In this document: piece after piece, positions 51,642 to 61,372 of the stretch
How positions within the stretch are numbered: the first letter of the stretch is position 1
Layout of the letters: every line of letters starts with the position of its first letter
The notes under the pieces: generated by a model
Database searches by the model: none
What the model saw: the letters and a program-made list of their open reading frames with translations, nothing else
Told to the model about the DNA's origin: nothing
Made by a program: the position numbers and the translations under genes
Assembly: GCA_036257375.1 (NCBI GenBank)
Contig: DATAFR010000160.1
Span: 22,063-86,062 of the forward strand
DNA: 64,000 nucleotides
DNA from: Methyloceanibacter sp.
Lineage (GTDB): Bacteria > Pseudomonadota > Alphaproteobacteria > Rhizobiales > Methyloligellaceae
Reading direction: 5' to 3'

Positions 51642-52124
51642 TCAGCGCCGCGCCGCGAAGAAGTCCTTGAGCAGGCTGGCAGCTTTGCCCTCTCCTACTC
51701 CGCCCACAACCTCCGGCCCATGATGGCAGGTTGGCTGCGTGAAGAAGCGCGGGCCATGCTCCACTCCCCCGCCCTTGGGATCGGGCGCGCCGAAATATAG
51801 ACGGCGAATGCGGGCAAAAGAGATGGCCGCCGCGCACATGGCGCATGGCTCGAGCGTCACATAGAGGTCGCAGCCGGTTAGCCGCTCGCTGCCGAGCTTG
51901 GCGCAAGCGGCGCGGATGGCAAGAAGCTCTGCGTGGGCGGTCGGATCGCGAAGGCTCAGCGTGCGGTTGCCGGCGCTGGCGAGGACCTCGCCGTCGCTGC
52001 TCACAACCACGGCGCCGATCGGCACCTCGCCGAGATCGCGCGCCCGGTGGGCCTCGGCGAGCGCCAAATCCATGGGCCGCGCGGCCTTGCCACTCTTCGC
52101 GTCATCTGCAAGCTTGCGCTCCAT
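51642..52124 (-). CDS. tadA: tRNA adenosine deaminase TadA / nucleoside deaminase family
   Basis: GEVPIGAVVV, DPTAHAE, TLEPCAMC, GAPDPKGG. Start at 52124 or 52073. Confidence 0.88.
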   Translation of the reverse strand: MERKLADDAKSGKAARPMDLALAEAHRARDLGEVPIGAVVVSSDGEVLASAGNRTLSLRDPTAHAELLAIRAACAKLGSERLTGCDLYVTLEPCAMCAAAISFARIRRLYFGAPDPKGGGVEHGPRFFTQPTCHHGPEVVGGVGEGKAASLLKDFFAARR

Positions 52125-52977
52125 GGGCGGCAAAGTGGGGGTCAGAACGAGCCAGGGTCAAGCCCCGCGCAAGGCTAAGCCTCAGCCGCAAGCGGCGGGC
52201 CCTTCGGTCCCCATGCGCATCGCCAAGGCGATCGCCCACGCCGGACTCTGCTCGCGGCGCGACGCTGAAGCCTGGATCGCGGCGGGCCGGGTCGCGGTGA
52301 ACGGCAAGGTGCTCGGGACCCCGGCCTATGTGGTCACGCCGAGCGACAAGATCACGGTCGACGGCCAGCCCCTGCCGCAAGCGGAAGCTGCGCGGCTGTG
52401 GCGCTATCACAAGCGGCGCGGCCTCGTTACCAGCCACAAGGACCCGCAAGGGCGCAGGACCGTATTCGAAGCTCTGCCGAAAGACCTGCCGCGCGTCGTT
52501 TCGGTGGGACGGCTCGACATCAACACCGAGGGTTTGCTGCTGCTCACGACCGACGGGGAACTCGCGCGTCATCTCGAACTGCCGAGCACGGGCTGGCTCC
52601 GACGCTACCGCGTGCGGGCGCATGGCCGCGTCAGCCAGGAGGCGCTCGATCGCTTGCGCCAAGGCGTGACCCTCGACGGCGTGCATTACGGCCCGGTCGA
52701 AGCGCGCATCGATCGCGAGCAGGGCTCGAATCTTTGGCTAACCATCGCGCTGCGCGAGGGCAAGAACCGTGAGGTGAAGCGCCTCGCCGAGCATCTCGGG
52801 CTCACCGTCAATCGTCTGATCCGCGTGTCGTTCGGGCCGTTCGCGCTTGGAGATCTCGCCGAAGGCGCCGCCGAAGAGGTGAAGCGGCGCGTGCTTGCCG
52901 ATCAGCTCGGACCCAAGCTCGCCGAGCAGTTCGGTCTGTTCGACGCCGCGAAACAGCGCCGGGGGCGGCGCCGGTGA
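52123..52977 (+). CDS. RsuA/RluB-family pseudouridine synthase with S4 domain
   Basis: RIAKAIAHAGLCSRRDAE, GRLDINTEGLLLLT.DG, EGKNREV. Start uncertain (52123 or 52213). Confidence 0.92.
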   Translation: MGGKVGVRTSQGQAPRKAKPQPQAAGPSVPMRIAKAIAHAGLCSRRDAEAWIAAGRVAVNGKVLGTPAYVVTPSDKITVDGQPLPQAEAARLWRYHKRRGLVTSHKDPQGRRTVFEALPKDLPRVVSVGRLDINTEGLLLLTTDGELARHLELPSTGWLRRYRVRAHGRVSQEALDRLRQGVTLDGVHYGPVEARIDREQGSNLWLTIALREGKNREVKRLAEHLGLTVNRLIRVSFGPFALGDLAEGAAEEVKRRVLADQLGPKLAEQFGLFDAAKQRRGRRR

Positions 52978-52981
52978 ACGC

Positions 52982-53560
52982 ATGCGCATCGTAGCCGGCA
53001 AATTCAGGGGCGCTCACATCGAGGCGCCAAAAGGCCTCGCCACGCGGCCGACATCCGATCGCGTGCGCCAGGCCCTGTTTAACGTGCTCGCGCATGGCAC
53101 GCCCCGCTTCGACTTCGACGGCGCGCGGGTGCTCGACCTCTTCGCCGGCTCCGGCGCGCTTGGACTCGAGGCGTTGTCTCGCGGCGCACGCTTCTGTCTG
53201 TTCGTCGAGGAAACTGTTGCAGCGCGGGCGGCGATCCGCCTCAATGTCGAGGCGCTGGGCTTGACCGGCGTGACCAAGATCTGGCGACGCGATGCGACTA
53301 AGCTCGGCGAGGCGGGAACGCTGGCGCCATTCCAGCTTGTCTTTTGCGACCCGCCTTACGGCAAGGGTTTTGGAGAACGCGCGCTTGCCGAGGCGCTCAA
53401 TGGGGGCTGGATCGAGGATGGGGCCATTGCCGTGTTGGAGGAACGCGCCGATGCCGAGATCGCATGGCCTGCCAGCTTCGAAGAGGTTGACCGGCGGCGC
53501 TACGGCGACACCCAAATCGCCATCGCCAGAGCCGCACATTGTAGGGTTACTGGTCCTTAA
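52982..53560 (+). CDS. rsmD: 16S rRNA m2G966 methyltransferase
   Basis: [46 protein letters not shown]. Confidence 0.95.
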   Translation: MRIVAGKFRGAHIEAPKGLATRPTSDRVRQALFNVLAHGTPRFDFDGARVLDLFAGSGALGLEALSRGARFCLFVEETVAARAAIRLNVEALGLTGVTKIWRRDATKLGEAGTLAPFQLVFCDPPYGKGFGERALAEALNGGWIEDGAIAVLEERADAEIAWPASFEEVDRRRYGDTQIAIARAAHCRVTGP

Positions 53561-53617
53561 CCCAAGCGCGGGCAGGGCTGTGCTTTAATGCGTCGGATTC
53601 GCGGCCGGGGCCCTTCC

Positions 53618-54118
53618 ATGACTTTGACAGCGTCGCTCGTCGTGCCACTCATCGTGGCGGCGCTATTGGCATTCAGCATCGAAAGCCCGAGCAGTTTTGT
53701 CTCAGGAGTTTGGAAGGGCGAGGCCAATTACGACTCGGACGGCAACTTTTCCGATTGCACCATGACCGCACAGGCCGGGAGCGGCGTCCTGCTCGGCTTC
53801 GTCATCAGCAAAGATTACGATTGGGGGCTGGTGCTCGCCGACGAGACGCGCAGCTTCGAGGTGGGGACGACCGAAGCGGTCGTGCTGCTTATCGACGATC
53901 GCGATCCCATACCCGCCATCGCGAAAGTCGTGGATGTGCACGGCATCGTCATTCCGCTCGAAAGCACCGATCCCGTGCTCGATGCTTTGCGCCAGGGCAA
54001 GGTGCTCACCATCGTTGCGGAAGGCGCAAAGATCAGCTTCAAGCTGACCGGAACCAAGGACGCAATCGCGGCGCTCGCGGCTTGCGTCACCGATCACATC
54101 GGCACCGAAAAAGTTTAG
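53618..54118 (+). CDS. Hypothetical exported protein
   Basis: Hydrophobic N-terminus, WKGEANYD..GNFSDC, C-terminal ALAAC. Clean coding pattern. Confidence 0.6.
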   Translation: MTLTASLVVPLIVAALLAFSIESPSSFVSGVWKGEANYDSDGNFSDCTMTAQAGSGVLLGFVISKDYDWGLVLADETRSFEVGTTEAVVLLIDDRDPIPAIAKVVDVHGIVIPLESTDPVLDALRQGKVLTIVAEGAKISFKLTGTKDAIAALAACVTDHIGTEKV

Positions 54119-54124
54119 CGGCGG

Positions 54125-55930
54125 CTAGCGGCGCGAGAACAGCTTCTCGATATCGGCGAGCTTGAGCTCGATATAAGTTGGCCGGCCGTGATTGCATTGG
54201 CCGGTGAACGGTGTCTGCTCCATGTCGCGCAGAAGCGCGTTCATCTCCTCGGGGTTCAGTCTGCGCCCAGCCCGCACGCTGCCATGACAGGCCATGGTGG
54301 AAAGGACATGATCGAGACGCGCGGCAAGGAGGCGTGCCTCCTCGCTGTGCTCGGTTTCCGTCAGCTCGGCGGCGAGGTCCGCCAGCAGGCCCTTGATGTT
54401 GCAGGTGCCGAGCAGAGACGGAACTTCGCGTACGAGCACGGCAGCCTCGCCAAAAGGCTCGATTACGAGGCCAAGGCGTTCAAGCTCCGTAGCCGCAGCG
54501 CAAAGATTGGCCGCGGCTTCAGCATCGAACTCGACCACTTCCGGGATGAGCAGCAATTGTCGTCCGATCCCCCCATTGGCGAAGGAGCGTTTCAGCCGCT
54601 CATAGACGAGACGCTCATGCGCGGCATGCTGATCGACGATGACGAGCGCGTCCTCGGTCTCGGCGATGATGAAGGTGTCGTTGATCTGCGCGCGGGCCGC
54701 GCCAAGCGGATAAAACGCGTCGGACTCGTCGTCCGGTAGCGTGCCGGCGCGCGTGTCGGCGCTCGGCTCGGCAAAGGGCGCGAGCGGAGCTTGTGCCTCT
54801 TCGGCGAAACCAAACGCCCCTGGTGGCCTTGGCCCCGCTAGGAACGGCCGAAAGTTCCGCGGCGCCGGCTGGTTCTCAGGCGTCGCCATGCGCTGGAGCG
54901 CGGCTTGCGACAAGGAGGACGTCGCGCGATGGCCTGCGGCGCCGAGAGCGTCCCTGAGTGCGCCGATGATGAGCGAGCGTATGCCGTTGGGATCGCGGAA
55001 TCTGAGCTCGGTCTTGGCGGGATGCACGTTCACGTCCACCTCTTCCGGCGGCAAAGTCAGGAACAGCGCCAGCATCGGATAGCGGCTTTGCGGCACGAGA
55101 TCGCCATAGGCTGCGCGCACCGTGCCGGCGAGAAGCTTGTCGCGCACGGGACGCCCATTGACGATGAGATAAAGCTGGAGGCCGTTCGGCCGGTGCAGCG
55201 TCGGCAAGCCGGCGAATCCCTCGAGCGAGACGCTGCCACGCTGAGCGCGTACCGGCAGCGCGTCCTTGACGAAATCGGGCCCGAGAATGCGGCCGAGCCG
55301 CGCCAGCCCATGGTCGATCAGCCCGGGCGGACAGGCTTCGAGACGAAAGGCGACCCGATCCTCGCTGGTGAGGCTGAAGGCGATCTCCGGTCGCGCCAGT
55401 GCAAGTCGCTTCACCATGTCGGCGATTGCCGCAGATTCCACGCGCTCGGATTTCATGAATTTGAGGCGCGCCGGCGTGGCGTAGAAAAGGTCGCGCACCT
55501 CGACCCGCGTTCCGCTCGCGAGCGCAGCCGGTTTGAGCTTCCCCTTGCGGCCGGCATCGACGGCGATCTCGTGGGCCTCATTATCGCCTTGGGCACGACT
55601 CTGGATCGAGAGCCTGGCGACCGCGCCGATCGAGGGCAGAGCTTCGCCGCGGAACCCAAGCGTCAAAATGGAAGACAGGTCGTCGTCGGCGAGCTTGGAG
55701 GTGGCATGCCGCTCGATCGCGAACGGAAGATCGGCGGGGCCCATGCCCGAGCCGGCATCGACGACGCGGATCAGGCGCAAGCCGCCGCCGGAGGTGGCGA
55801 CATCGACGCGGCGCGCACCGGCGTCGATGGCGTTCTCGACCAGTTCCTTGACGACGCTCGCGGGCCGCTCGACGACCTCACCCGCGGCGATGCGATTGAC
55901 GAGGTTCGGCGGCAGCTGACGTATGGGCAT
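54125..55930 (-). CDS. mutL: DNA mismatch repair endonuclease MutL
   Basis: IAAGEVVERPASVVKELVENAIDA, GFRGEAL, DVNVHPAK, DQHAAHER, ACHGSVRAG, CNHGRPT. Confidence 0.98.
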   Translation of the reverse strand: MPIRQLPPNLVNRIAAGEVVERPASVVKELVENAIDAGARRVDVATSGGGLRLIRVVDAGSGMGPADLPFAIERHATSKLADDDLSSILTLGFRGEALPSIGAVARLSIQSRAQGDNEAHEIAVDAGRKGKLKPAALASGTRVEVRDLFYATPARLKFMKSERVESAAIADMVKRLALARPEIAFSLTSEDRVAFRLEACPPGLIDHGLARLGRILGPDFVKDALPVRAQRGSVSLEGFAGLPTLHRPNGLQLYLIVNGRPVRDKLLAGTVRAAYGDLVPQSRYPMLALFLTLPPEEVDVNVHPAKTELRFRDPNGIRSLIIGALRDALGAAGHRATSSLSQAALQRMATPENQPAPRNFRPFLAGPRPPGAFGFAEEAQAPLAPFAEPSADTRAGTLPDDESDAFYPLGAARAQINDTFIIAETEDALVIVDQHAAHERLVYERLKRSFANGGIGRQLLLIPEVVEFDAEAAANLCAAATELERLGLVIEPFGEAAVLVREVPSLLGTCNIKGLLADLAAELTETEHSEEARLLAARLDHVLSTMACHGSVRAGRRLNPEEMNALLRDMEQTPFTGQCNHGRPTYIELKLADIEKLFSRR

Positions 55931-57269
55931 GAGACGCCTCGGCCTGCTCGCCGGCGAGATACCGGCGGGTCAGGATTTTACCCGATTCTACCGCCGGCTG
56001 GTCGAATGGGTCGACGCCGAGTAGGTGCGCCGCGAGGATGGTTTCCACCATAAAATGCATCATCAGGGCGCCGAGAGCCCGCTCGTCCAGCCTGTCCAGG
56101 TCGATGGTGCGGACCGGCCTTCCGGCTTCTATCAGCGCCTCTGGGATTGCGCGTTGCTGTGCTGCGACGAGGTCGCCCGCCGCGTGGCCGGCGAGATAGT
56201 CGGCCTGCGCGGCCTTGGCGAGATCGGGCGCGATACGGGGGCCCGTGCCTTCGCATTTTTCACGGATGATGGTGATGAAATGCTGCGGGGCACCGTCGAG
56301 ATAAAGCTGGAGCTGGCTGTGTTGATCGACGGGGCCAAGCGCGGCGACCGGCGTCGTCCCCTGCCCACGCTTGCCGAGGCTCTCGCCCCAGAGCTGTACA
56401 TACCAGGCGGCGAAGCGCGAGAGACGATCGCTATAGGGAAGCAGGACATTGGCGCGCACGCCGCGCTCCTTGGCGAGCCCGATGCTGACGGCCGCTCCGA
56501 TCGCGGGCGCATAGTCGGATGCACGTTTGGACTTCAGCATGCTTTCGATCACCGAGCTTGCGCCCTCGCGCAGAGCCACGACATCGAGGCCGCGCGCGAG
56601 CGCCGGCAAGAGACCGACATTGGTGAGTCCGGAGAAGCGTCCGCCGATATTTGGATCGTGGTCGAGCGTGGGAACGCCGAAGGTCTCGCAAAGCGCGCGA
56701 AGGCCGTTCTTAGCGGTCGAGGTCTTAGGTTCGGTGACAGCAAGGAACAGCTCGGGGACGCGCGCTTCCAGTCCCGCCTTCCGCACGGCGTCGATGGCCG
56801 AAGTGACCTGCACCAGTGTCTCAGGCGTTCCGCCAGATTTGGAGATCACCACGAAGCGTGTGGTCTTGAGATCGAGTCCCGCAAGGCTGAGCTCAAGCGT
56901 GCGGGCATCGAGATTGTCGTAGAAACGCGTACGCGGGCGTGCCTCGCTGCCATGTTTGTCGTCGCCGGGAATGCCCCAACCGCCGAGCTGGGCCAGCGTC
57001 TGGCCGCCAAGGCTCGATCCGCCGGTGCCGAAGAAGACGAGAGTGCGCGCGCCGTGCGTCAGTTTCCGGAGAGCATCGCTGGCGGCGGCAATGTCGTTGC
57101 GCCATTCGGCAACGCGCAGCAAAGGGAGCGTGGATTTGGCATAGGCCTCGCGCAAAGAGGCAAGGCGCGGCTCGAGCTTGGCGAGATTGGCATCGAGCGA
57201 GGATTGTGGCAGGCCGCGACCGCCGATGGTCGCTTCGAGACAGCCCTCGACCGATTGGGACAGCGTCAT
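55878..57269 (-). CDS. pgi: Glucose-6-phosphate isomerase (short type)
   Basis: GTGGSSLG, SKSGGTPET, GGRFS, QLWGESLGK, GPVDQHSQLQ, DPFDQPAVESGK. Confidence 0.9.
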   Translation of the reverse strand: MTLSQSVEGCLEATIGGRGLPQSSLDANLAKLEPRLASLREAYAKSTLPLLRVAEWRNDIAAASDALRKLTHGARTLVFFGTGGSSLGGQTLAQLGGWGIPGDDKHGSEARPRTRFYDNLDARTLELSLAGLDLKTTRFVVISKSGGTPETLVQVTSAIDAVRKAGLEARVPELFLAVTEPKTSTAKNGLRALCETFGVPTLDHDPNIGGRFSGLTNVGLLPALARGLDVVALREGASSVIESMLKSKRASDYAPAIGAAVSIGLAKERGVRANVLLPYSDRLSRFAAWYVQLWGESLGKRGQGTTPVAALGPVDQHSQLQLYLDGAPQHFITIIREKCEGTGPRIAPDLAKAAQADYLAGHAAGDLVAAQQRAIPEALIEAGRPVRTIDLDRLDERALGALMMHFMVETILAAHLLGVDPFDQPAVESGKILTRRYLAGEQAEASHAHTSAAAEPRQSHRRG

Positions 57270-57270
57270 G

Positions 57271-58620
57271 CTAGCCCGGAGCCGCTTTCGATTTCGGCGC
57301 GGCCGGCTTGCCGACGATGGTCGTGATCAGACGGTCGGCCTCGAATAGGCGCTTGGCCACGCGCTTGATGTCGTCGAGGGTCACGGCTTCGATCAAGTCA
57401 TTGCGCTTGTTGACATAATCGATGCCGAGATCCTCGATTTGAATCCACAGCAGCTGGTTGGCGATGCTGGAGGAGGACTCAAACCTCAACGAATAGGCGC
57501 CGGTGAGATAGCTCTTGGCGCTTGCCAACTCCTCGAAGGTGGGGCCGTTCTCGGCGAGGCGGCGCAGCTCGCTCTCGATCACTTCGAGCGACTGTCCGAC
57601 CGCCTCGTTCTTGGTCGCAACGTTGCCGACGAACACAGCCCCGTGCTGGAACGGAAACAGGTTGGAATGCACCGAATAAGCGAGGCCGCGCTTCTCGCGC
57701 ACCTCTTCCATGAGCCGCGAGGAGAAGCCGCCGCCGCCGATGATGTAGTTGAGCACATAGGCCGGAATGAAATCGTCGTCTTTGCGCGCGATGCCGCGAT
57801 GGCCGAACTGGGCCACCGATTGCGGCACCTCCATCTCGATGATCTCCTGGGTCGGGCCGAGCGGCGGATCGGCGTCGGCCACTGGCGAGAGCGTGGCGTT
57901 CTTGGGAAGGTCGCCGAAAATATGGTCCAGCGCCTCAGCAAGCGTCTCGGGATCGATGTCGCCAACCACCGAGATCACCAGCTTGTCACGGGCGAAGACG
58001 CGGTTGACGTAGTTCCTGAGATCGGCGGGCGTGATCGAGGCGATGGAGACCATGGTGCCCTTGATCGGCCGGCCGTACGGGTGGCTGGGAAATGCAAGCT
58101 TGTCCCAGGCGAGTGAGGCCACGGTCTCTGGATCGTGCTCGTCGAATTTCAGTCCTGCCAGAATTTGCGCGCGCACGCGCTCGACCGCGTCCTGATCGAA
58201 GCGCGGCTTGGTGAGCGCGAGACGCACGAGATCGAACACCTCGTCCTTGTTGGCGGTCAGCGTCTGCACATTGCCGAGCATGACGTCGCGGCTCGCATCG
58301 AAATCCATGCGCATGGCGAGAGCCTGCTCGCGCTCCTGGAAAGCGATGGCGTCGAGATCACCGGCCCCTTCGTCCATCATGGCCGAGATGAAATAGGCAA
58401 GCCCTTCCTTACCCGTATCGTCTTGGGAGGAGCCGCCGCGAAAGGCGAAGCGCATGGCGATGAGAGGATTGGCGTGGCTCTCGACGAGCCAGGCCTCGAT
58501 CCCGCCGGGGCTCGTCACGCGCTCGATATTCATGCTGCTAACCTCGGCCGCTTGCGCAGGCGCGACGATGAGCGAGGCGGCCGCGAAGAAAAGGAGCGGA
58601 AGCCGGACTCTTCCCGCCAT
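57271..58620 (-). CDS. M16B peptidase, non-catalytic subunit
   Basis: M16 fold pattern, but the HXXEH site is replaced (GLAYFISAMMDEG). GGGGFSSRLMEEVREKRGLAY. Signal peptide. Confidence 0.9.
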   Translation of the reverse strand: MAGRVRLPLLFFAAASLIVAPAQAAEVSSMNIERVTSPGGIEAWLVESHANPLIAMRFAFRGGSSQDDTGKEGLAYFISAMMDEGAGDLDAIAFQEREQALAMRMDFDASRDVMLGNVQTLTANKDEVFDLVRLALTKPRFDQDAVERVRAQILAGLKFDEHDPETVASLAWDKLAFPSHPYGRPIKGTMVSIASITPADLRNYVNRVFARDKLVISVVGDIDPETLAEALDHIFGDLPKNATLSPVADADPPLGPTQEIIEMEVPQSVAQFGHRGIARKDDDFIPAYVLNYIIGGGGFSSRLMEEVREKRGLAYSVHSNLFPFQHGAVFVGNVATKNEAVGQSLEVIESELRRLAENGPTFEELASAKSYLTGAYSLRFESSSSIANQLLWIQIEDLGIDYVNKRNDLIEAVTLDDIKRVAKRLFEADRLITTIVGKPAAPKSKAAPG

Positions 58621-58625
58621 GAGGG

Positions 58626-60089
58626 CTACGACTTGCCTTTACGAGGCGCATGGGCCGGCGTTTTGCTGATGCTGCTGGTGTATTCAGGAGCGGGCAGCAG
58701 ATAGCCGGTGACGGAATTCTTGTCGACAAGATATTTGCGCGCCGCATCGCGTATGTCGGCGACGGTCACCTGCTTGAGCCGGTCGGGCCAGGCTTCGACA
58801 TCCGCGACGCTCATGCCGGTGGCGAGCCGCCAGCCGTAATGACGCGCCATGCGCGACTGGCTGTCGGAGGTGTAGACGAACTCGGCGATATAAGAGTCGC
58901 GGGCGTGATCCAGCTCGTCCTGCGTTACGCCGTTCTGCTTGAGATCCTCGACCACGCCCGAGATCGCCTTGTCGAGATCCTCGGCGGTGACGTTCTCGGC
59001 GGCAATGGCGTAGAAGCCGAGCCTGCCGGAATCGAGACCCGAATCGGAGTACCAGCCGCCGGCATTGGCCGCCTTCTTGTCCTCGACCACCAGACGCTTA
59101 TAGACCCTGCCGACCGAGCCGGTGGCGGCGATGCGCATCAGGAGATCGAGCGCCTCCGCCTCGCCGGGCGCCGCCGAGGCATAGCTCGGGGCGAGATAAT
59201 AGCGCTGCACGGTGGTGCGGCCCGCGCGCGGATCTTCGAGCGTGACCTTCACCGGCGCGAAATGGGGCGGCTCTTTCGGACGATGTCGGCCGTTCAGCGC
59301 GGCATTCGGCTCGAGCTTGCCGTAAGTCTCCTCGGCGAGCTTCCGCACCTCTTCGGGCTCGACGTCGCCCGCGATCACGAGGATCGCGTTATTCGGCGCA
59401 TAGAAGCGCCGATAGTAGGAGAGCGCATCGTCGCGATTGAGCGCGGCGATCTCGTGCTCCCAGCCGATGATGGGGATGCCGTAAGGGTGATTGGCATAGA
59501 GCGCCGCCATCATCTGCTCTTGCAGGATCGAGCCGGGGTCGTTGTCGACGCGACTGCGGCGTTCCTCGAGAATGACATCGCGCTCGGTCTTAACGTCCTC
59601 CTCGGTGAGGCGCAGATTCTCCATGCGGTCGGCTTCCATGCGCATGACGAGCGGCAGCCGGTCCTTGGCGACGCGCTGGAAATAGGCGGTGACGTCGTGA
59701 TTGGTGAAGGCGTTGTCCTCGCCGCCATTCTTGGCGACGATCTTGGAGAACTGGCCGGTCGGGATCTCCTCGGTGCCCTTGAACATCAGGTGTTCGAGGA
59801 AATGCGCGATGCCGGAAGAGCCCGGCGGCTCGTCGGCGGCGCCGACCTTGTACCAGATCATCTGCGTCACGACCGGCGCGCGATGATCGGGAATGACGAG
59901 CACCTGTAGGCCGTTGCCAAGCGTGAACTCACTCACGCGCGGTGCGGCCTGAGCGCCGTTCGTCGCGACGGCCACGGCGAGCGTCGCAAGGCTGAGCGAG
60001 GCAAGTACGAGCCCAGGACTAGGGCTCAGCACGGCGAGAAGCTGATCGATCATCCACATTGTCATAGAGCGGGACCTGGCGTGCGGCAT
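58626..60089 (-). CDS. M16B peptidase, catalytic subunit
   Basis: WYKVGAADE, GIAHFLEHLMFKG, NAFT..D.T.Y, VILEERR. Start uncertain. Confidence 0.92.
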   Translation of the reverse strand: MPHARSRSMTMWMIDQLLAVLSPSPGLVLASLSLATLAVAVATNGAQAAPRVSEFTLGNGLQVLVIPDHRAPVVTQMIWYKVGAADEPPGSSGIAHFLEHLMFKGTEEIPTGQFSKIVAKNGGEDNAFTNHDVTAYFQRVAKDRLPLVMRMEADRMENLRLTEEDVKTERDVILEERRSRVDNDPGSILQEQMMAALYANHPYGIPIIGWEHEIAALNRDDALSYYRRFYAPNNAILVIAGDVEPEEVRKLAEETYGKLEPNAALNGRHRPKEPPHFAPVKVTLEDPRAGRTTVQRYYLAPSYASAAPGEAEALDLLMRIAATGSVGRVYKRLVVEDKKAANAGGWYSDSGLDSGRLGFYAIAAENVTAEDLDKAISGVVEDLKQNGVTQDELDHARDSYIAEFVYTSDSQSRMARHYGWRLATGMSVADVEAWPDRLKQVTVADIRDAARKYLVDKNSVTGYLLPAPEYTSSISKTPAHAPRKGKS

Positions 60090-60216
60090 GTCGTAAGACC
60101 CAGCAAAGTTCGTGCCGATCGGTACGCCGGGCCTCACGCCTCTCATTTCAAGCCTTGGGCCGGCATTTTCAAGCCAAATTGCGCGAGGGAGAGCCCCACC
60201 TCACGCCCGGAGCCGC

Positions 60217-60810
60217 TCAATAGAGCGCTTCAGGGTTCTTGTAGCTATCCGGCGCAGCCGGATGGAACGGGTCAGGGCCAGGGGCCGGAAGCTCTTGCGG
60301 CTGGTGTGGCGTGAGGGGCTTCGGATTGCCCTTCGCCGCAGTTTGCTGCTGCTCATCGGACTGTTTGTCGTTGGGATCGGGCTCCGGCGTATCGTCGACC
60401 TGCTCGACCTTCTTCTTCTTGCGGAGCAATTTGTCCAATAACGTCGGCTTGCCCGCGTAGGGATTGATTGGATCTTGCTCAGCCGCCTCTTTCTGCTTCT
60501 CAGCCTGCTGCGCGTCGATCGTCTCCTGCCGCACGATCTCGGGATTTTTCGGCCAATCCTGGCGTGCGGTCGCGACGGCCACGCCACTCCCCGGCTGCGG
60601 AAGCGCTTTGGTATCGGGCGGAAGCACAAGCGGCGGCCGCTCGGCCATCTTCACGTCGGGCTCCTGCCGGTCGCCCGACAGGCCCACATAGTCGAAAACC
60701 TTGCCCTGGAACTCGACACCACCGCAGCCTGCGAGCGCCAGCGCGGCACCCAGCGCCAACGCCGGAAGCGCGGCCCTGCAGGGGCGAGAGATGGCTGTGT
60801 TATGCCCCAA
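60217..60810 (-). CDS. Conserved hypothetical lipoprotein
   Basis: TTG 60810 after GAGGGGA. Lipobox LAGC, ERPPLVLPPD...LP.P, DWP.NPE. Confidence 0.7.
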   Translation of the reverse strand: MGHNTAISRPCRAALPALALGAALALAGCGGVEFQGKVFDYVGLSGDRQEPDVKMAERPPLVLPPDTKALPQPGSGVAVATARQDWPKNPEIVRQETIDAQQAEKQKEAAEQDPINPYAGKPTLLDKLLRKKKKVEQVDDTPEPDPNDKQSDEQQQTAAKGNPKPLTPHQPQELPAPGPDPFHPAAPDSYKNPEALY

Positions 60811-60844
60811 GGTTCCCCTCGAAACCCGGCGAATCCGGGCTTTT

Positions 60845-61366
60845 TTACATTCTAGAAGGGTTTCCGACCTTTTTGTGACCCCTGAATAGGGAGTCATATA
60901 GAAGTCCCACGACACCGGCAACTATGGCGGTATCGGCGATATTGAACACGTACCATTGCAAGCCCAAAGCGTGGAGCGAGAAGAAATCGGCCACCGCCCC
61001 ATAGACGATGCGGTCGATGGCATTGCCGATCGCCCCGCCGATGATGAGACCGATCGAAGCGGCGGCAAGCCGAGAGTCGAGGCGGGCGAGCCAGACCGCA
61101 AGAGCAAGGCTCGCGCCGAAAGCGAAGAGGATGAGCCCCAGACGGCCGAGCGCGCTTTCCTGCGGTAAGAGCCCGTAGCTGATGCCCTGGTTCCAGACCA
61201 GCACCAAATCGAAAAATGGTGTGAGGACAACGGTGCCTTTGGCGCCAATATCGTAGACGTAAAGCATCCAGGCTTTGTGCGCCTGATCGATCAGCACGGT
61301 CAGCGCAGCGATGCCGAGGCCAAGCGGAGACAAGGAACCCCACAGCCAAGTTCTTACCCTCTCCAT
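60845..61366 (-). CDS. lspA: Lipoprotein signal peptidase II
   Basis: DQAHK, WNQGISYG, GGAIGNAIDR...GAV.DF, FNIAD.AI. Confidence 0.96.
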   Translation of the reverse strand: MERVRTWLWGSLSPLGLGIAALTVLIDQAHKAWMLYVYDIGAKGTVVLTPFFDLVLVWNQGISYGLLPQESALGRLGLILFAFGASLALAVWLARLDSRLAAASIGLIIGGAIGNAIDRIVYGAVADFFSLHALGLQWYVFNIADTAIVAGVVGLLYDSLFRGHKKVGNPSRM

Positions 61367-61372
61367 GGCTTC

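Noticed and set aside
52121-52126. Overlapping divergent start codons (CCATGG) of tadA and the pseudouridine synthase
   Set aside because: Both genes have plausible downstream starts (52073 and 52213), so the overlap may come from choosing the longest ORF.
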